From assembly GCA_947625765.1 (NCBI GenBank), contig CANQPP010000008.1, positions 2,222 through 66,221 on the forward strand: DNA of 64,000 bases, in the 5' to 3' direction. Shown here in pieces: positions 1 through 9,343 of the stretch (the first letter of the stretch is position 1; every line of letters starts with the position of its first letter). The stretch comes from an uncultured Clostridia bacterium (GTDB lineage: Bacteria; Bacillota; Clostridia; Christensenellales; UBA1750). The translations under genes were made by a program, and so were the position numbers. The notes under the pieces were generated by a model. It was not told the origin of the DNA. It saw nothing but the letters and a program-made list of their open reading frames with translations, and made no database searches.

Positions 1-1
1 G

Positions 2-742
2 CTGGCGGGCGCCTCCGCCTACCCGCGCATCATCGACTTTGCCCGCATGGCCGACATCGCCCACGAGGCGGGCTGCCTGTTCATGGTGGATATGGCCCAC
101 ATCGCGGGCCTGGTGGCGGCGGGCCTGCATCCCAGCCCCGTGCCCTACGCGGACGTGGTGACCACCACCACCCACAAGACCCTGCGCGGCCCCCGCGGCG
201 GGCTCATCCTGTGCAAGAAGAAGTACGCCAAGAAGATCGACTCCGCCATCTTCCCCGGCACCCAGGGCGGCCCGCTGATGCACGTGATCGCGGCCAAGGC
301 CGTGTGCTTAAAGGAAGCCATGGGCGAGGACTTCCGCGCCTACCAGGGCCGCATCGTGGAAAACGCAAAGGCGCTGGCCGAGACGCTCCTCTCCGAGGGG
401 CTGCGGCTGGTCTCCGGCGGCACCGACAACCACCTGATGCTGCTGGACGTCAGCCCCTTGGGGATCACCGGCAAGGACCTGGAGCAGCGCCTGGACGCGG
501 CCCACATCACCGCCAACAAGAACACCATCCCCTTTGAGACGCTCTCCCCCTTCGTCACCAGCGGCGTGCGGCTGGGCACCCCGGCCGTCACCACCCGCGG
601 CATGGGCGTGGAGGAGATGAAGCAGATCGGCCGCTTCATCGCCTGCCTGGCGAAGGAGGGCGACGGGGCCGTGGAGGAAGTCAAGCAGCAGGTGCTCTCC
701 CTCTGCGCCCGCTTCCCGCTGTACCCGGACGTGCAGATTTAA
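2..742 (+). CDS. glyA: serine hydroxymethyltransferase, C-terminal ~246 aa (5' end outside window)
   Basis: Frame open from base 2 ([24 protein letters not shown]...). The PLP-lysine motif [13 protein letters not shown] is typical of SHMT. Stop is TAA at 740-742. Confidence 0.9.
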   Translation: MAGASAYPRIIDFARMADIAHEAGCLFMVDMAHIAGLVAAGLHPSPVPYADVVTTTTHKTLRGPRGGLILCKKKYAKKIDSAIFPGTQGGPLMHVIAAKAVCLKEAMGEDFRAYQGRIVENAKALAETLLSEGLRLVSGGTDNHLMLLDVSPLGITGKDLEQRLDAAHITANKNTIPFETLSPFVTSGVRLGTPAVTTRGMGVEEMKQIGRFIACLAKEGDGAVEEVKQQVLSLCARFPLYPDVQI

Positions 743-780
743 AAGGGGGGCGCCCCTAAACCTAAGCGTATATACAAAGA

Positions 781-817
781 GAAGGCTTCCGGCCGCGCGC
801 CGGGAGCCTTCCTTTTA
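781..817. terminator. GC-rich hairpin between convergent glyA and MFS genes
   Basis: GAAGGCTTCCGGC-cgcgc-GCCGGGAGCCTTC followed by CTTTT on the + strand. It lies between two convergent stop codons. Confidence 0.6.
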
Positions 818-849
818 AGTTAAGATCACAGACCGATCCGACGGCCGCT

Positions 850-1956
850 TTAGGAGAACCACCAGCCAAAAAGCGGGGACAGCGGCATCATGAAGGCCGA
901 AAAGAGCATGGAGGAGACGGAGATGAGCGTTGCCCGCTGGGCGGACGGGAAGCGGTCGTTCAGCCTCTTGTCGCTGACCAGCTGGAGGCTGTCGTCCAGA
1001 AGCCCCGCCAGCAGGCCGGAGGCCATCAGCACCGGCAGGCAGGCTCTCCGCGCCGCCAGGGCGCAGAGCAGGACGCCCGCGCCGGTGACGGCCGCTGCCT
1101 TGGGATAGGACAGGCGGTCCAGCCTGCCCGTCAGCAATCCCGCCAGGCCGCCGCCCAAGCTCAGCGCGAACAGCGCCGGACCCAGCAGCGCGGGGACCGT
1201 TACCGCCGCCTCCACCTTTTCCTGCAGGTAAAAACCCGTCAGCGTTGCGCAGGCCCCCACCAGGGCGTTGAGCGCCATGATCCGAACGGCCGTGCCGTCC
1301 GACTTGAGGAGCGCCCAGGCTTCATGGACCGTCCTGGCCAAGGCGGCGGGCAGCGTCCGCAGCGTGGCCCCGGGGGCGTCCCGCTTAGGTTCGGTCAGGG
1401 TCAGCGCGGCCGCCAAGCCGATAAGGGTAATGCCCACGTCCAGCAGATAGGCCCTCCGCCAGCCCAGGAGCACCGTGGCCCCCGCCAGCAGCATGGCGCC
1501 GCCGACGCTCAAGCGGTCCACCCCGTTTTGCAGGGAGGAGAATTTCAGATACCCCCTCTCTTTTCCCGCCTGCAGCATGGACTCATAGGTGATGGCCTCC
1601 CGCGTGCCGGACTTTAGGTTATATCCAAGGGCCGTAACCGCCAGGGACAGGCAGACCCCGGCCATTCCCCGGGAGAGCACCATCAGCAGGGCGGAGAGCA
1701 AGAACATCACGTGGCTGGCGATCAGTGTCCGCTTTCGTCCCAGCACATCCGCCAGAAGCCCCGAGGGCAGTTCACAGCAGAAGCTCACCGCGTGGAACAC
1801 CGCCTCCGCAAAGCCGATCTCCACCAGGGAGAAGCCCCGCAGGGCCAGCAGCAGGACCCACAAACTTCCCGCCGGACGGAAGCCTTCCGACCATTCCAGG
1901 ATCAAAAGGGCCGCCTTTTGCCTGAATAGAGAAAACCCTTTGTCGTTTTTGGGCAT
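850..1956 (-). CDS. MFS transporter
   Basis: 368 aa, multi-pass hydrophobic protein with an MFS-like loop (LADVLGRKRTL). ATG is preceded by AAAGGATGG. Confidence 0.75.
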   Translation of the reverse strand: MPKNDKGFSLFRQKAALLILEWSEGFRPAGSLWVLLLALRGFSLVEIGFAEAVFHAVSFCCELPSGLLADVLGRKRTLIASHVMFLLSALLMVLSRGMAGVCLSLAVTALGYNLKSGTREAITYESMLQAGKERGYLKFSSLQNGVDRLSVGGAMLLAGATVLLGWRRAYLLDVGITLIGLAAALTLTEPKRDAPGATLRTLPAALARTVHEAWALLKSDGTAVRIMALNALVGACATLTGFYLQEKVEAAVTVPALLGPALFALSLGGGLAGLLTGRLDRLSYPKAAAVTGAGVLLCALAARRACLPVLMASGLLAGLLDDSLQLVSDKRLNDRFPSAQRATLISVSSMLFSAFMMPLSPLFGWWFS

Positions 1957-2144
1957 AAAAATAGCGCCATCCTTTCTTTTTCCTCACAAGAAAAGGATCG
2001 GCGCGACCGTTTATCGCGACCCAAAGGTCAGCTAAAAAAGGGCGCACTGATCCCGTGGATGGCCCTGTTGCAGCCAAGACAACGCAGGATCAAGCCGTTC
2101 TGCATCCACCGCATCGCCGCGCCCTCCTTTCACAAACTTCAGGT

Positions 2145-2174
2145 ACTATACCATGCGCGAACAGGAACTGTCAA
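2145..2174 (-). promoter_or_regulatory. candidate sigma-A promoter for the MFS gene
   Basis: Minus strand reads TTGACA, 18 nt spacer, TATAGT. This leaves a ~190 nt leader before the start codon. Confidence 0.4.
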
Positions 2175-2301
2175 GGGGATCGGGCAGCGTCTATCGCAGT
2201 TTGGGACCCCTTAAGTCCTAGAATACGACTTTCATTTTATATCGCTGCACGACTTTTCCGTTTGCCATTCTTTCCCGCGCGGGCATATCCGTCCAAAGCG
2301 C

Positions 2302-2334
2302 GGGCCGCCCCCGCAAAGGCGTCGGGGGCGGCCC
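2302..2334 (-). terminator. hairpin downstream of the glycosidase gene
   Basis: Perfect 12-bp stem GGGCCGCCCCCG / CGGGGGCGGCCC, 34 nt after the stop at 2368. The U-tract is weak (GCGCTTTGG). Confidence 0.5.
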
Positions 2335-2367
2335 GGTTCCGTTTACTTAGAATGGGAGAGGCGGGGC

Positions 2368-3960
2368 TCAAAGCTCCATGCCCATGTTGGGGTTCATGCG
2401 GATGCGCACGGCCTGCCCGGCGTGGACGTAGAGCATGAAGTTGGACTCGTCGCCGTTGCGGATGTAGTCGACCACCCAGCGGCCATCCTCATCGAAGTGG
2501 CCCTCCTCCACGGAGAGGAAGTTGAGCTGCGTGGACTGGCGGGAATTCAGGTGGGCGAAGCGGTTCGGGTCCGCCGGGTCGGGCCTGCGGATGATGTCCA
2601 CGGCCACGCCGGTGCCCGCCAGGAAGAACTCGTCCTCCCCGGCCTCGATGAACAGGCCCCGGCCGCGCTCTTCGGTCAGGTGGCGGTTCTTCTCCGTGCG
2701 CAGGTTCACGCGGGAGCCGCGGCCGTGGTAGCGGGGATTGCCCCGGGAGAAGCTGGCCAAAACGTGGTACTTCTCCAGCCGCAGGTACTGGTCGGTGCTG
2801 AACTCGTCCTGCACGAAGGCGTGGACGCGGCCCGTCTTGCGGTAGCGGATGAGCAGGGGCTCCAGGGCGCGGATGGCGCGCATGGTGTAGGCCATGGTGC
2901 GGGCGTCGGGCAGCAGCTCGCCGTCGTCGTCCAGCGTGGACTCCGCACCGAAGCCGCACAGGCCGATGCAGCCGTAGTCCGCGAAGGCGAGCATGGCGTT
3001 CATGGCGAAGGCCTCGCCCATGGGCGAAGTCTCGGGGATGAACAGCGCGTTGTCCGGCCGGTCGTAGCGGGCGGCGATGCGGGTATAGCAGCGCTTGGCG
3101 GGCAGGTAGATGTCCGGGCACATCAGGTCCAGCGACGGGGCGACGCGCTTCCAGATGTCGATCACGCGGCCCACGCCCGCGCCCGCGTTGTAGCTGTATC
3201 CCGGCTCCTCGATGCCCGTCTCTCCTATGAACATGTTGAGGATGGTGGGGATCGGGTGCACCTTCTTGCCCGCGGCGGCCATTTCATCTATGTAGAGTGC
3301 GTGGTAATAGGCGGAGAAGGCCTCGTGGCCGTGGCGGCCGAAGCGGCCGTACCAGCCGGGCCCGCCGTCGTGCTCGCCCATGTCCTCAAGCTCTATGTCC
3401 GCGATCAAAGCGGGCACGCCCTTGTCGAAATCCGCCTGGGCCAGGTCGGAATAGTCCCTGTCGGTGTTGGCGTAGCCGAACTCGTTCTCGATCTGGATGG
3501 CGATGACGGTGCCCTCCGGGTCGTACTCGTGCAGAAACTCCATCACGCGCACATACGCCGCCTTGTCCCGCTCCAGCGTGGCGCGGCAGTGGGGCGAGAG
3601 GGAGGCAACCGGCACCTTGCCGGGGCCCTGGGCGATGCGGTAGGTCTCCGGGTGCAGCTTCACATAATCCGGCGCGTAGTTGGGGTGGGAGTTCTTGCTG
3701 GCCCCGAACCAGAGGATCACCAGCTTGAGCCCCGCCTGCCGCGTCTGGTCGATGAGCCCCTTGACCAAAGAGAGGTCGTAGCGGTCCTTCTCGGGCTCCA
3801 CCGCGTACCAGTACACCGGCGCCTCCAGCACGTTACCGCCGTAGAGCTTGACGGCGCGGATGGCCTTTTCGATCATCTCCGTGCCCGTGGAGGAATTGTG
3901 GGCCTGCAGCCCCAGTGCCAGGAAGGGGCGGCCCTGCTTGTCGCGGAAAAAGTCGTTCAT
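2368..3960 (-). CDS. glycoside hydrolase, beta-galactosidase-like (GH35/GH42-type TIM barrel with DUF5597-like C-terminal half)
   Basis: 530 aa. The N-terminus (FLALGLQAHNSS...VYWYAVEPEKDRYD...LVILWFGASKNS...IQIENEFG) matches the clan GH-A beta-galactosidase pattern. RBS is AAAGGAG. Confidence 0.65.
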   Translation of the reverse strand: MNDFFRDKQGRPFLALGLQAHNSSTGTEMIEKAIRAVKLYGGNVLEAPVYWYAVEPEKDRYDLSLVKGLIDQTRQAGLKLVILWFGASKNSHPNYAPDYVKLHPETYRIAQGPGKVPVASLSPHCRATLERDKAAYVRVMEFLHEYDPEGTVIAIQIENEFGYANTDRDYSDLAQADFDKGVPALIADIELEDMGEHDGGPGWYGRFGRHGHEAFSAYYHALYIDEMAAAGKKVHPIPTILNMFIGETGIEEPGYSYNAGAGVGRVIDIWKRVAPSLDLMCPDIYLPAKRCYTRIAARYDRPDNALFIPETSPMGEAFAMNAMLAFADYGCIGLCGFGAESTLDDDGELLPDARTMAYTMRAIRALEPLLIRYRKTGRVHAFVQDEFSTDQYLRLEKYHVLASFSRGNPRYHGRGSRVNLRTEKNRHLTEERGRGLFIEAGEDEFFLAGTGVAVDIIRRPDPADPNRFAHLNSRQSTQLNFLSVEEGHFDEDGRWVVDYIRNGDESNFMLYVHAGQAVRIRMNPNMGMEL

Positions 3961-4071
3961 CTTCTGTTTCTCCTTTCGCCGCCCGTCCGGCCGTGTGTGG
4001 AAAGGATGCGGGACGGGTCCATCTATCTAAACGATACCATGCGGGCCCGTTTCTTGCAAGCAGCTTTTTCC

Positions 4072-4101
4072 TTGACGGATGCGCCCCCGCCGGCCTACAA
4101 T
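4072..4101 (+). promoter_or_regulatory. candidate promoter for the alpha-galactosidase-like gene
   Basis: TTGACG (4072-4077), 18 nt spacer, TACAAT (4096-4101). It lies in the divergent intergenic region. Confidence 0.4.
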
Positions 4102-4162
4102 AGGCAAAAGAGGGGGATAACAAGTTAAAGCCCCCACAGAAGAAGGAGCGTGCAAACCTCAA

Positions 4163-5911
4163 ATGCTGCAACATAAGGACCTGACCCTGCTCTATCCCGA
4201 CAAGACACAGGCGGAGATCACGACGCTCTCGCCCCTGGTGGAGCGCATATCCCTGCGCTGGCAGGGGGAAAGCGTCTCCCCCGGCAGTTTGGAGCTGCGC
4301 TGGACCGTTCCCCTGATCGACACCCAGTTCGAGTGGCACCCTTCATGCGGTTTTGACCGTTCCCTGCGCGTGGACTGGCAGGCGCCCGTTTCCTTCAAAA
4401 TTTCCTCCTCCGCGCCGGTGTTCTGCTTCTACAACGCCGCGGGACGGAGCCGCTTCACCATGGCCCTGAGCGATGTCAAGACACTGCTTCACTGTTCCTT
4501 AGGCGTGCACGAGGAGGACGGCACGCTCTTGTGCCGCGTGGAGGTGCCCCTAAAGGCCGGCGAGGGAGAGCAGGCCTACGAGCTGCTCCTCTACCGCAGC
4601 TTTGAGGACCTCTCCTTCGCCGAGGCCCTGCGCCGCGTGACCGCCTGGTGGGAGAAGGACTGCGGCCTTGCCCCAAGCCCCGTGCCCACCGCCGCCAAGG
4701 AGCCCTTCTACTCCTGCTGGTACAGCTTCCACCAGGAGACCATCGCACAGGAGATCGAGGAGGAGAGCCGCCGCGCCGCGGCCCTTGGGATGAAGACTCT
4801 GATCGTGGACGACGGCTGGCAGACCGCCGACAGCCACCGGGGCTACGCCTACTGCGGCGACTGGCAGCCCGCCAAGGAAAAGATCCCCGACATGGCCGCG
4901 CACGTGCGCAAGGTGCATGAGAACGGTGTCAAGTACATGCTCTGGTACTCGGTGCCCTTCGTGGGCTACCGCTCCCGCCACTTCGTGGAGTTCCGCGACA
5001 AGCTGCTGACCATGAACGACGCGGCCCAGGCTGCCGTGCTGGACCCCCGCTACCCGGAGGTGCGCGCCTACCTCATCGGCGTTTACGAAAAGGCCCTGCT
5101 CGACTGGGACCTGGACGGCTTTAAGCTGGACTTCATCGACTCCTTTACGCCCGAGCGCGGAAAGCCCCTGCCGCCCAGGACACCGGGCATGGACTTCGAC
5201 CTGGTCGAGGACGCCGTGGACTGCTTAATGACCGAGGTACTTGGTCGTCTGCGCTCCATCAAGCCCGACATACTGATCGAGTTCCGCCAAAGCTACATCG
5301 GCCCCTGTATGCGGGGTTACGGCAACCTGTTCCGCGTCAGCGACTGCCCCAACGACGCCATCTCCAACCGCGTGGGCATCGTGGACCTGCGTATGACCAG
5401 CGGCAATACCGCCGTGCATTCCGACATGCTCATGTGGCACAGGGACGACACCCCGCAGGCCGTGGCGCTGCAGCTGCAGGGCGTGGTCTTCGGCGTGCCG
5501 CAGGTTTCCGTCCGTCTGGACAAATTGAGCGAGGAACAGGCCCGAACGCTCCGCTTCTGGCTAACCTTTATGCAGGAGGAAAAGGAGCTGCTTTTGGAGA
5601 CCCCGCTGGAGGTGGAATCGCCCCAGGAGCTCTATCCGCTGGTCAGCGCCCGGCGGGACGGCCGCGCCCTGCTGGCCGTGTACGCGGGCGGTCACGCGGC
5701 GCCCATCGAGCAGGGAGACCGGGAGGTCCTCGTGCTCAACGCCTCCCTGGCCGACGCGCTGGTCCTCATCTCCAAAACGCCCCGCCGCTTCCGCGCGGAG
5801 CTTCTGGACCACAAGGGAGACAGGGTAGAAACGCGCGAGCTGCTGGTGGACGGCGCATACCTGCTGCCCGCGCCGCCCTGCGGCCTGGCCCGTCTGACCG
5901 CTTTGGACTAA
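4163..5911 (+). CDS. alpha-galactosidase-like glycoside hydrolase (clan GH-D, GH36/GH27-like)
   Basis: 582 aa with LIVDDGWQ and FKLDFID motifs characteristic of melibiase-type enzymes. RBS is GAAGGAG. Confidence 0.6.
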   Translation: MLQHKDLTLLYPDKTQAEITTLSPLVERISLRWQGESVSPGSLELRWTVPLIDTQFEWHPSCGFDRSLRVDWQAPVSFKISSSAPVFCFYNAAGRSRFTMALSDVKTLLHCSLGVHEEDGTLLCRVEVPLKAGEGEQAYELLLYRSFEDLSFAEALRRVTAWWEKDCGLAPSPVPTAAKEPFYSCWYSFHQETIAQEIEEESRRAAALGMKTLIVDDGWQTADSHRGYAYCGDWQPAKEKIPDMAAHVRKVHENGVKYMLWYSVPFVGYRSRHFVEFRDKLLTMNDAAQAAVLDPRYPEVRAYLIGVYEKALLDWDLDGFKLDFIDSFTPERGKPLPPRTPGMDFDLVEDAVDCLMTEVLGRLRSIKPDILIEFRQSYIGPCMRGYGNLFRVSDCPNDAISNRVGIVDLRMTSGNTAVHSDMLMWHRDDTPQAVALQLQGVVFGVPQVSVRLDKLSEEQARTLRFWLTFMQEEKELLLETPLEVESPQELYPLVSARRDGRALLAVYAGGHAAPIEQGDREVLVLNASLADALVLISKTPRRFRAELLDHKGDRVETRELLVDGAYLLPAPPCGLARLTALD

Positions 5912-5924
5912 CAAAAAAGACATA

Positions 5925-5958
5925 CCGCCCCGCTGCATATCCTTTTGCAGCGGGGCGG
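5925..5958. terminator. bidirectional intrinsic terminator
   Basis: Perfect 12-bp stem CCGCCCCGCTGC / GCAGCGGGGCGG, flanked by an A-run on the left and a T-run on the right. It lies between convergent genes. Confidence 0.7.
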
Positions 5959-5977
5959 CGTCCGTTTTGGCGTCTGT

Positions 5978-6454
5978 TTATATTCTGCGGGCCTTGCCGG
6001 TCAGGCTTTCCACCTGCAATTTGAACACGCAGGTACGCGGCAGGGCGGCCTCGTTGAGGGGGAAGTCCTCCCGGTGGTAGTGGGCCAGCAGGCAGGCAAG
6101 GGCCCGCAGCCGCTCGGCCTCGTCCTCCACAAAGGACAGCCTTCCCCGCCCGATCACGGACTCGTAGGCCATGGTGCACATCTTTTTCTCCACATCTGCC
6201 GAGAGCTCATGTCCTCTGTCCATCTCGAAGCAGGCCCGCCCGTCCCGGCGCATGAGCTCGTACTTCTTCCCCTCCAAAGCGCCGTGGAAGTAGAGGGTCA
6301 GCTCCCCGTTTTCTCCCTGATACAGGCCGAAGTTCAGCGGCAGAAGATAGGGCCAGCCGTCCAGATCGTTGAGCGCCAGGCGGCACACGTCGCATGCCTC
6401 CATGACCCGTATGATCTCGTCTTTTTCCCTGATCTCCCTGTCCTTCCTGCGCAT
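5978..6454 (-). CDS. pyridoxamine 5'-phosphate oxidase family (FMN-binding split barrel) protein
   Basis: MRRKDREIREKDEIIRVMEACDVCRLALND... is a typical N-terminus for this family. Start was moved to ATG 6454, which has a GGGAGG RBS; the track ORF extends to 6556. Confidence 0.75.
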   Translation of the reverse strand: MRRKDREIREKDEIIRVMEACDVCRLALNDLDGWPYLLPLNFGLYQGENGELTLYFHGALEGKKYELMRRDGRACFEMDRGHELSADVEKKMCTMAYESVIGRGRLSFVEDEAERLRALACLLAHYHREDFPLNEAALPRTCVFKLQVESLTGKARRI

Positions 6455-6660
6455 GAAAATACGCCTCCCGTTTTGTTTTCTCTCCTGAAAGCCAGCATAC
6501 CACAGAGGCGGCCATCCTTCAAGGGCGGTTTTGTTTGGCCGCCTTTTCATTGACAACTTTACGCAAAAAGGCTAAACTAAAGGCAAATTGCCGAGGGCCT
6601 GGCTCAAGCCGTCGGCAAAAAGCAAATAGAAAATACAAACAAAAGGTGGAGAAATACTCT

Positions 6661-7818
6661 ATGGAACAGAAGGACTACGATTTTACCTCGGTGCTCGACC
6701 GCCGGGGCACCAACAGCGTCAAGTGGGACGCCGTCTCCGGGGACATGCTCCCCTTATGGGTCGCGGACATGGATTTTGCCTGCGCCCCTGCCATCGTGGA
6801 GGCCATCCAGCGCCGGGCGCAGCACCCTGCCTTCGGCTACACCCACATGGGCGAGGAGGACTATCGGGCGCTGATCGGCTTCTACCAGCGCCGCCATGGC
6901 TGGACCATCCAGAAGGAACAGCTGCTCTTTACCCCCGGCGTGGTGGACGCGCTGCTGCTCTGCGTGCAGGCGCTGACGGAGCCGGGCGACAAGGTGTGCA
7001 TACAGACGCCCGTGTACGGCCCCTTCTTCTCCGTGGTCAAGCGCAGCGGCGGCCGGGAGCTGGTGGAGAACCCGCTCCTCTTTACCGGCGACGACTGGCA
7101 CATGGACTTAAACGACCTGGACAAGAAGCTCGAGGGCTGCAGGCTCATGCTGCTCTGTTCGCCCCACAACCCCAGCGGCCGCGTCTGGCCCCGCGAGGTA
7201 CTGGAACAGGTGATCGCCCTCTGCAAAAAGCACGGCGCGTATCTGGTGACCGATGAGATCCACTGCGACTTCGTGTATTCCGGCTTTCACCACACGCCCA
7301 TTTTGACCCTTCCCGGGACGGAAACGGGCGTGGCGGCGGCGGTGTCCGCCTCCAAGACGTTCAACATCGCCGGGCTTTCCCATTCCAGCGTCGTGATCCC
7401 GGACGAGAACATGCGCGAGCTTGTCAAGGCGCAGGCCTCCCGCATGGGCATGAGCGGCGGCAACGTGATGGCCGTGACCGCCACCACCGCGGCCTATTCA
7501 CAGGGCGACGGCTGGCTGGACGCCCTTTTGCAGGTGCTGGAGCGCAACCGCGACAAGGCCGTGGAAACGCTGAACCGCTTAGGCTTCCCGACCTTAAAGC
7601 CCCAGGGCAGCTACCTTATCTACACCGATATGCGCGCGCTTTTCCCCACGAGCCAACAGATCGACGCCTTCCTAAAGGAAAAGGCCCATGTGATGCTCAA
7701 CAAGGGCACGGATTACGGCGCATTGGGCGAGGGCTTTATGCGTTTGAACCTGGCCTGCCCGCCCTGCGTGCTGGACGAGGCTCTTTCCCGCATCGAGAAG
7801 GCCGTCAAGGGGGCGTAA
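6661..7818 (+). CDS. PatB/MalY-type class I/II aminotransferase (cystathionine beta-lyase-like C-S lyase)
   Basis: MEQKDYDFTSVLDRRGTNSVKWD...SASKTFNIAG (PLP lysine). Start ATG 6661 follows AAAGGTGGAG. Confidence 0.8.
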   Translation: MEQKDYDFTSVLDRRGTNSVKWDAVSGDMLPLWVADMDFACAPAIVEAIQRRAQHPAFGYTHMGEEDYRALIGFYQRRHGWTIQKEQLLFTPGVVDALLLCVQALTEPGDKVCIQTPVYGPFFSVVKRSGGRELVENPLLFTGDDWHMDLNDLDKKLEGCRLMLLCSPHNPSGRVWPREVLEQVIALCKKHGAYLVTDEIHCDFVYSGFHHTPILTLPGTETGVAAAVSASKTFNIAGLSHSSVVIPDENMRELVKAQASRMGMSGGNVMAVTATTAAYSQGDGWLDALLQVLERNRDKAVETLNRLGFPTLKPQGSYLIYTDMRALFPTSQQIDAFLKEKAHVMLNKGTDYGALGEGFMRLNLACPPCVLDEALSRIEKAVKGA

Positions 7819-7825
7819 AGGGTAA

Positions 7826-8533
7826 ATGGAGACGATCATCCGCTATGAGCCCCACGCGCACACCTCCCCGGTGAGCCGCTGCGCCAGGATGACGGCGGCG
7901 CAGATGGTCCACGAGGTGCGGCAGGCGGGCTACGACGCCGTGGTGACCACGGACCACTTCGACCCGGAGTTCTTCGCGGGAGCGGAGTCGGGCGCGGCCT
8001 ACAAGGCGCGGCTGCATGACTTCTTCTCCGGCTACCGGGCCGCGGCTGAGGCGGGCCAGAAGGAGGGCCTGCTGGTGCTGCCCGCGCTGGAGATGCGCAA
8101 CATCTTCGGCATGGAGGACTACCTCATCTACGGCGTGACGGAGGACGACTTAAAGGAAATGGGCTGCCTGGCCTATCTGCCCTTAAAGACCAGCCTGGCC
8201 CTGGTGCATCAGGCGGGCGGGCTGCTGTTCCAGGCGCACCCCTTTCGGGGGTACCTAAACTGCATGCCCGCGGACTGCATGGACGGCGTGGAGGTGGTCA
8301 ACGCCAACCCCCGCCACGACAGCCACAACGACCGGGTCCTGCGCTTTGGGCGGGAGCACGGTCTGCTGTTCGTGGCCGGGTCGGACGTGCACCAGTTCGG
8401 GGACGCGGGCACGGCGGGCCTGCTGGCCCCGCGGGCGGAGGATATACGTCAGTTTTGCGGCATACTGCGTGCGGGGAAGCAGCGCTGCTTTGTGCGCGAG
8501 GACGGCCGCGACCGCTTCGTGGAGGCGCTATGA
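7826..8533 (+). CDS. PHP-domain metal-dependent phosphoesterase
   Basis: 235 aa with HAHTSPVS...TDH motifs of the PHP fold. Confidence 0.7.
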   Translation: METIIRYEPHAHTSPVSRCARMTAAQMVHEVRQAGYDAVVTTDHFDPEFFAGAESGAAYKARLHDFFSGYRAAAEAGQKEGLLVLPALEMRNIFGMEDYLIYGVTEDDLKEMGCLAYLPLKTSLALVHQAGGLLFQAHPFRGYLNCMPADCMDGVEVVNANPRHDSHNDRVLRFGREHGLLFVAGSDVHQFGDAGTAGLLAPRAEDIRQFCGILRAGKQRCFVREDGRDRFVEAL

Positions 8534-9306
8534 TCGACGCCGTGCTGTCCTCCTTGCGCGCCTCTCTGGAAAAGGCGCTGGGCGGCGGGTTTTCCCTGTA
8601 CCTGTACGGTTCCGCCGCCCGGGGCGACTATCGGCCCCCGTGGAGCGACATCGACGTGCTGGCCCTGACGGAGGCCCCGCTGACGAGGGAACAGGCCGAG
8701 GGGCTTTTGTGCTTAAGGCAGACGCTGGGGCAAGGGGAGCCGGGCCTTCCCTTCCGCGCGCTGGAGGGCGGCATACTGCCCGCGGACGCCTTCCTAAACG
8801 GAGAGGCGGCGCTCTGCGTGTACTGGGGCACCAGCGGGGAGAGGCTGACGGAGGGGTATGCGCTCAATTCCTTGAGCCGCCTGGACCTGCTGAATCATGG
8901 CAGGCTCCTCTGCGGACGGGAGATGCGGGCCTACCTTGCGCGCCCCTCTTTTGACGAGCTGCGCGCGGACGTTCGGCGGCACTATGAGAGCATACGCGCC
9001 TACGCGGGCCGCACCGCGCCGGGCTACTACGCCTACGGCTGGCTGCTGGACATCGCACGGGGGCTGTACACGCTTAAAACGGGAGGCATCCTGCCCAAGA
9101 CGGAGGCGGGAAAATGGGCGCTGGAAAGGGGCTTGTGCCCGGAGGGAGAAGCGCGGGCGGTGCTGAAGGCGGCGCTGCGGCTGCGGGAGGACCCCTCGCT
9201 CCTGCAAAAGGAGCCAGAGTTCCTGCGGGAGGCGGAAAAGCTCAATGGGCCCATCCAGGCCTTCGCGGACGTGCTGGAAGAAGCGCTTCAAGAAAGCGGT
9301 GGATAA
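8530..9306 (+). CDS. nucleotidyltransferase-domain protein (aminoglycoside adenylyltransferase / DUF4111-like)
   Basis: LYLYGSAARGDYRPPWSDIDVLAL is an NTase (Pol-beta fold) motif. Its ATG overlaps the PHP gene's stop (ATGA). Confidence 0.65.
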   Translation: MIDAVLSSLRASLEKALGGGFSLYLYGSAARGDYRPPWSDIDVLALTEAPLTREQAEGLLCLRQTLGQGEPGLPFRALEGGILPADAFLNGEAALCVYWGTSGERLTEGYALNSLSRLDLLNHGRLLCGREMRAYLARPSFDELRADVRRHYESIRAYAGRTAPGYYAYGWLLDIARGLYTLKTGGILPKTEAGKWALERGLCPEGEARAVLKAALRLREDPSLLQKEPEFLREAEKLNGPIQAFADVLEEALQESGG

Positions 9307-9343
9307 GGGGCTTCAAACCTTAAAAGGAGAAGGGAAGCAGGAC

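Noticed and set aside
2422-4128. 568-aa ORF on the + strand opposite the glycosidase gene. Similar long shadow ORFs occur at 25759-26949, 26579-27856, 28293-29387, 48202-49503 and 51219-52445.
   Set aside because: These are Ala/Gly/Arg/Val/Leu-rich, low-complexity translations antisense to genes with clear family motifs. Such ORFs are expected in high-GC DNA. None has an RBS or recognisable domains.
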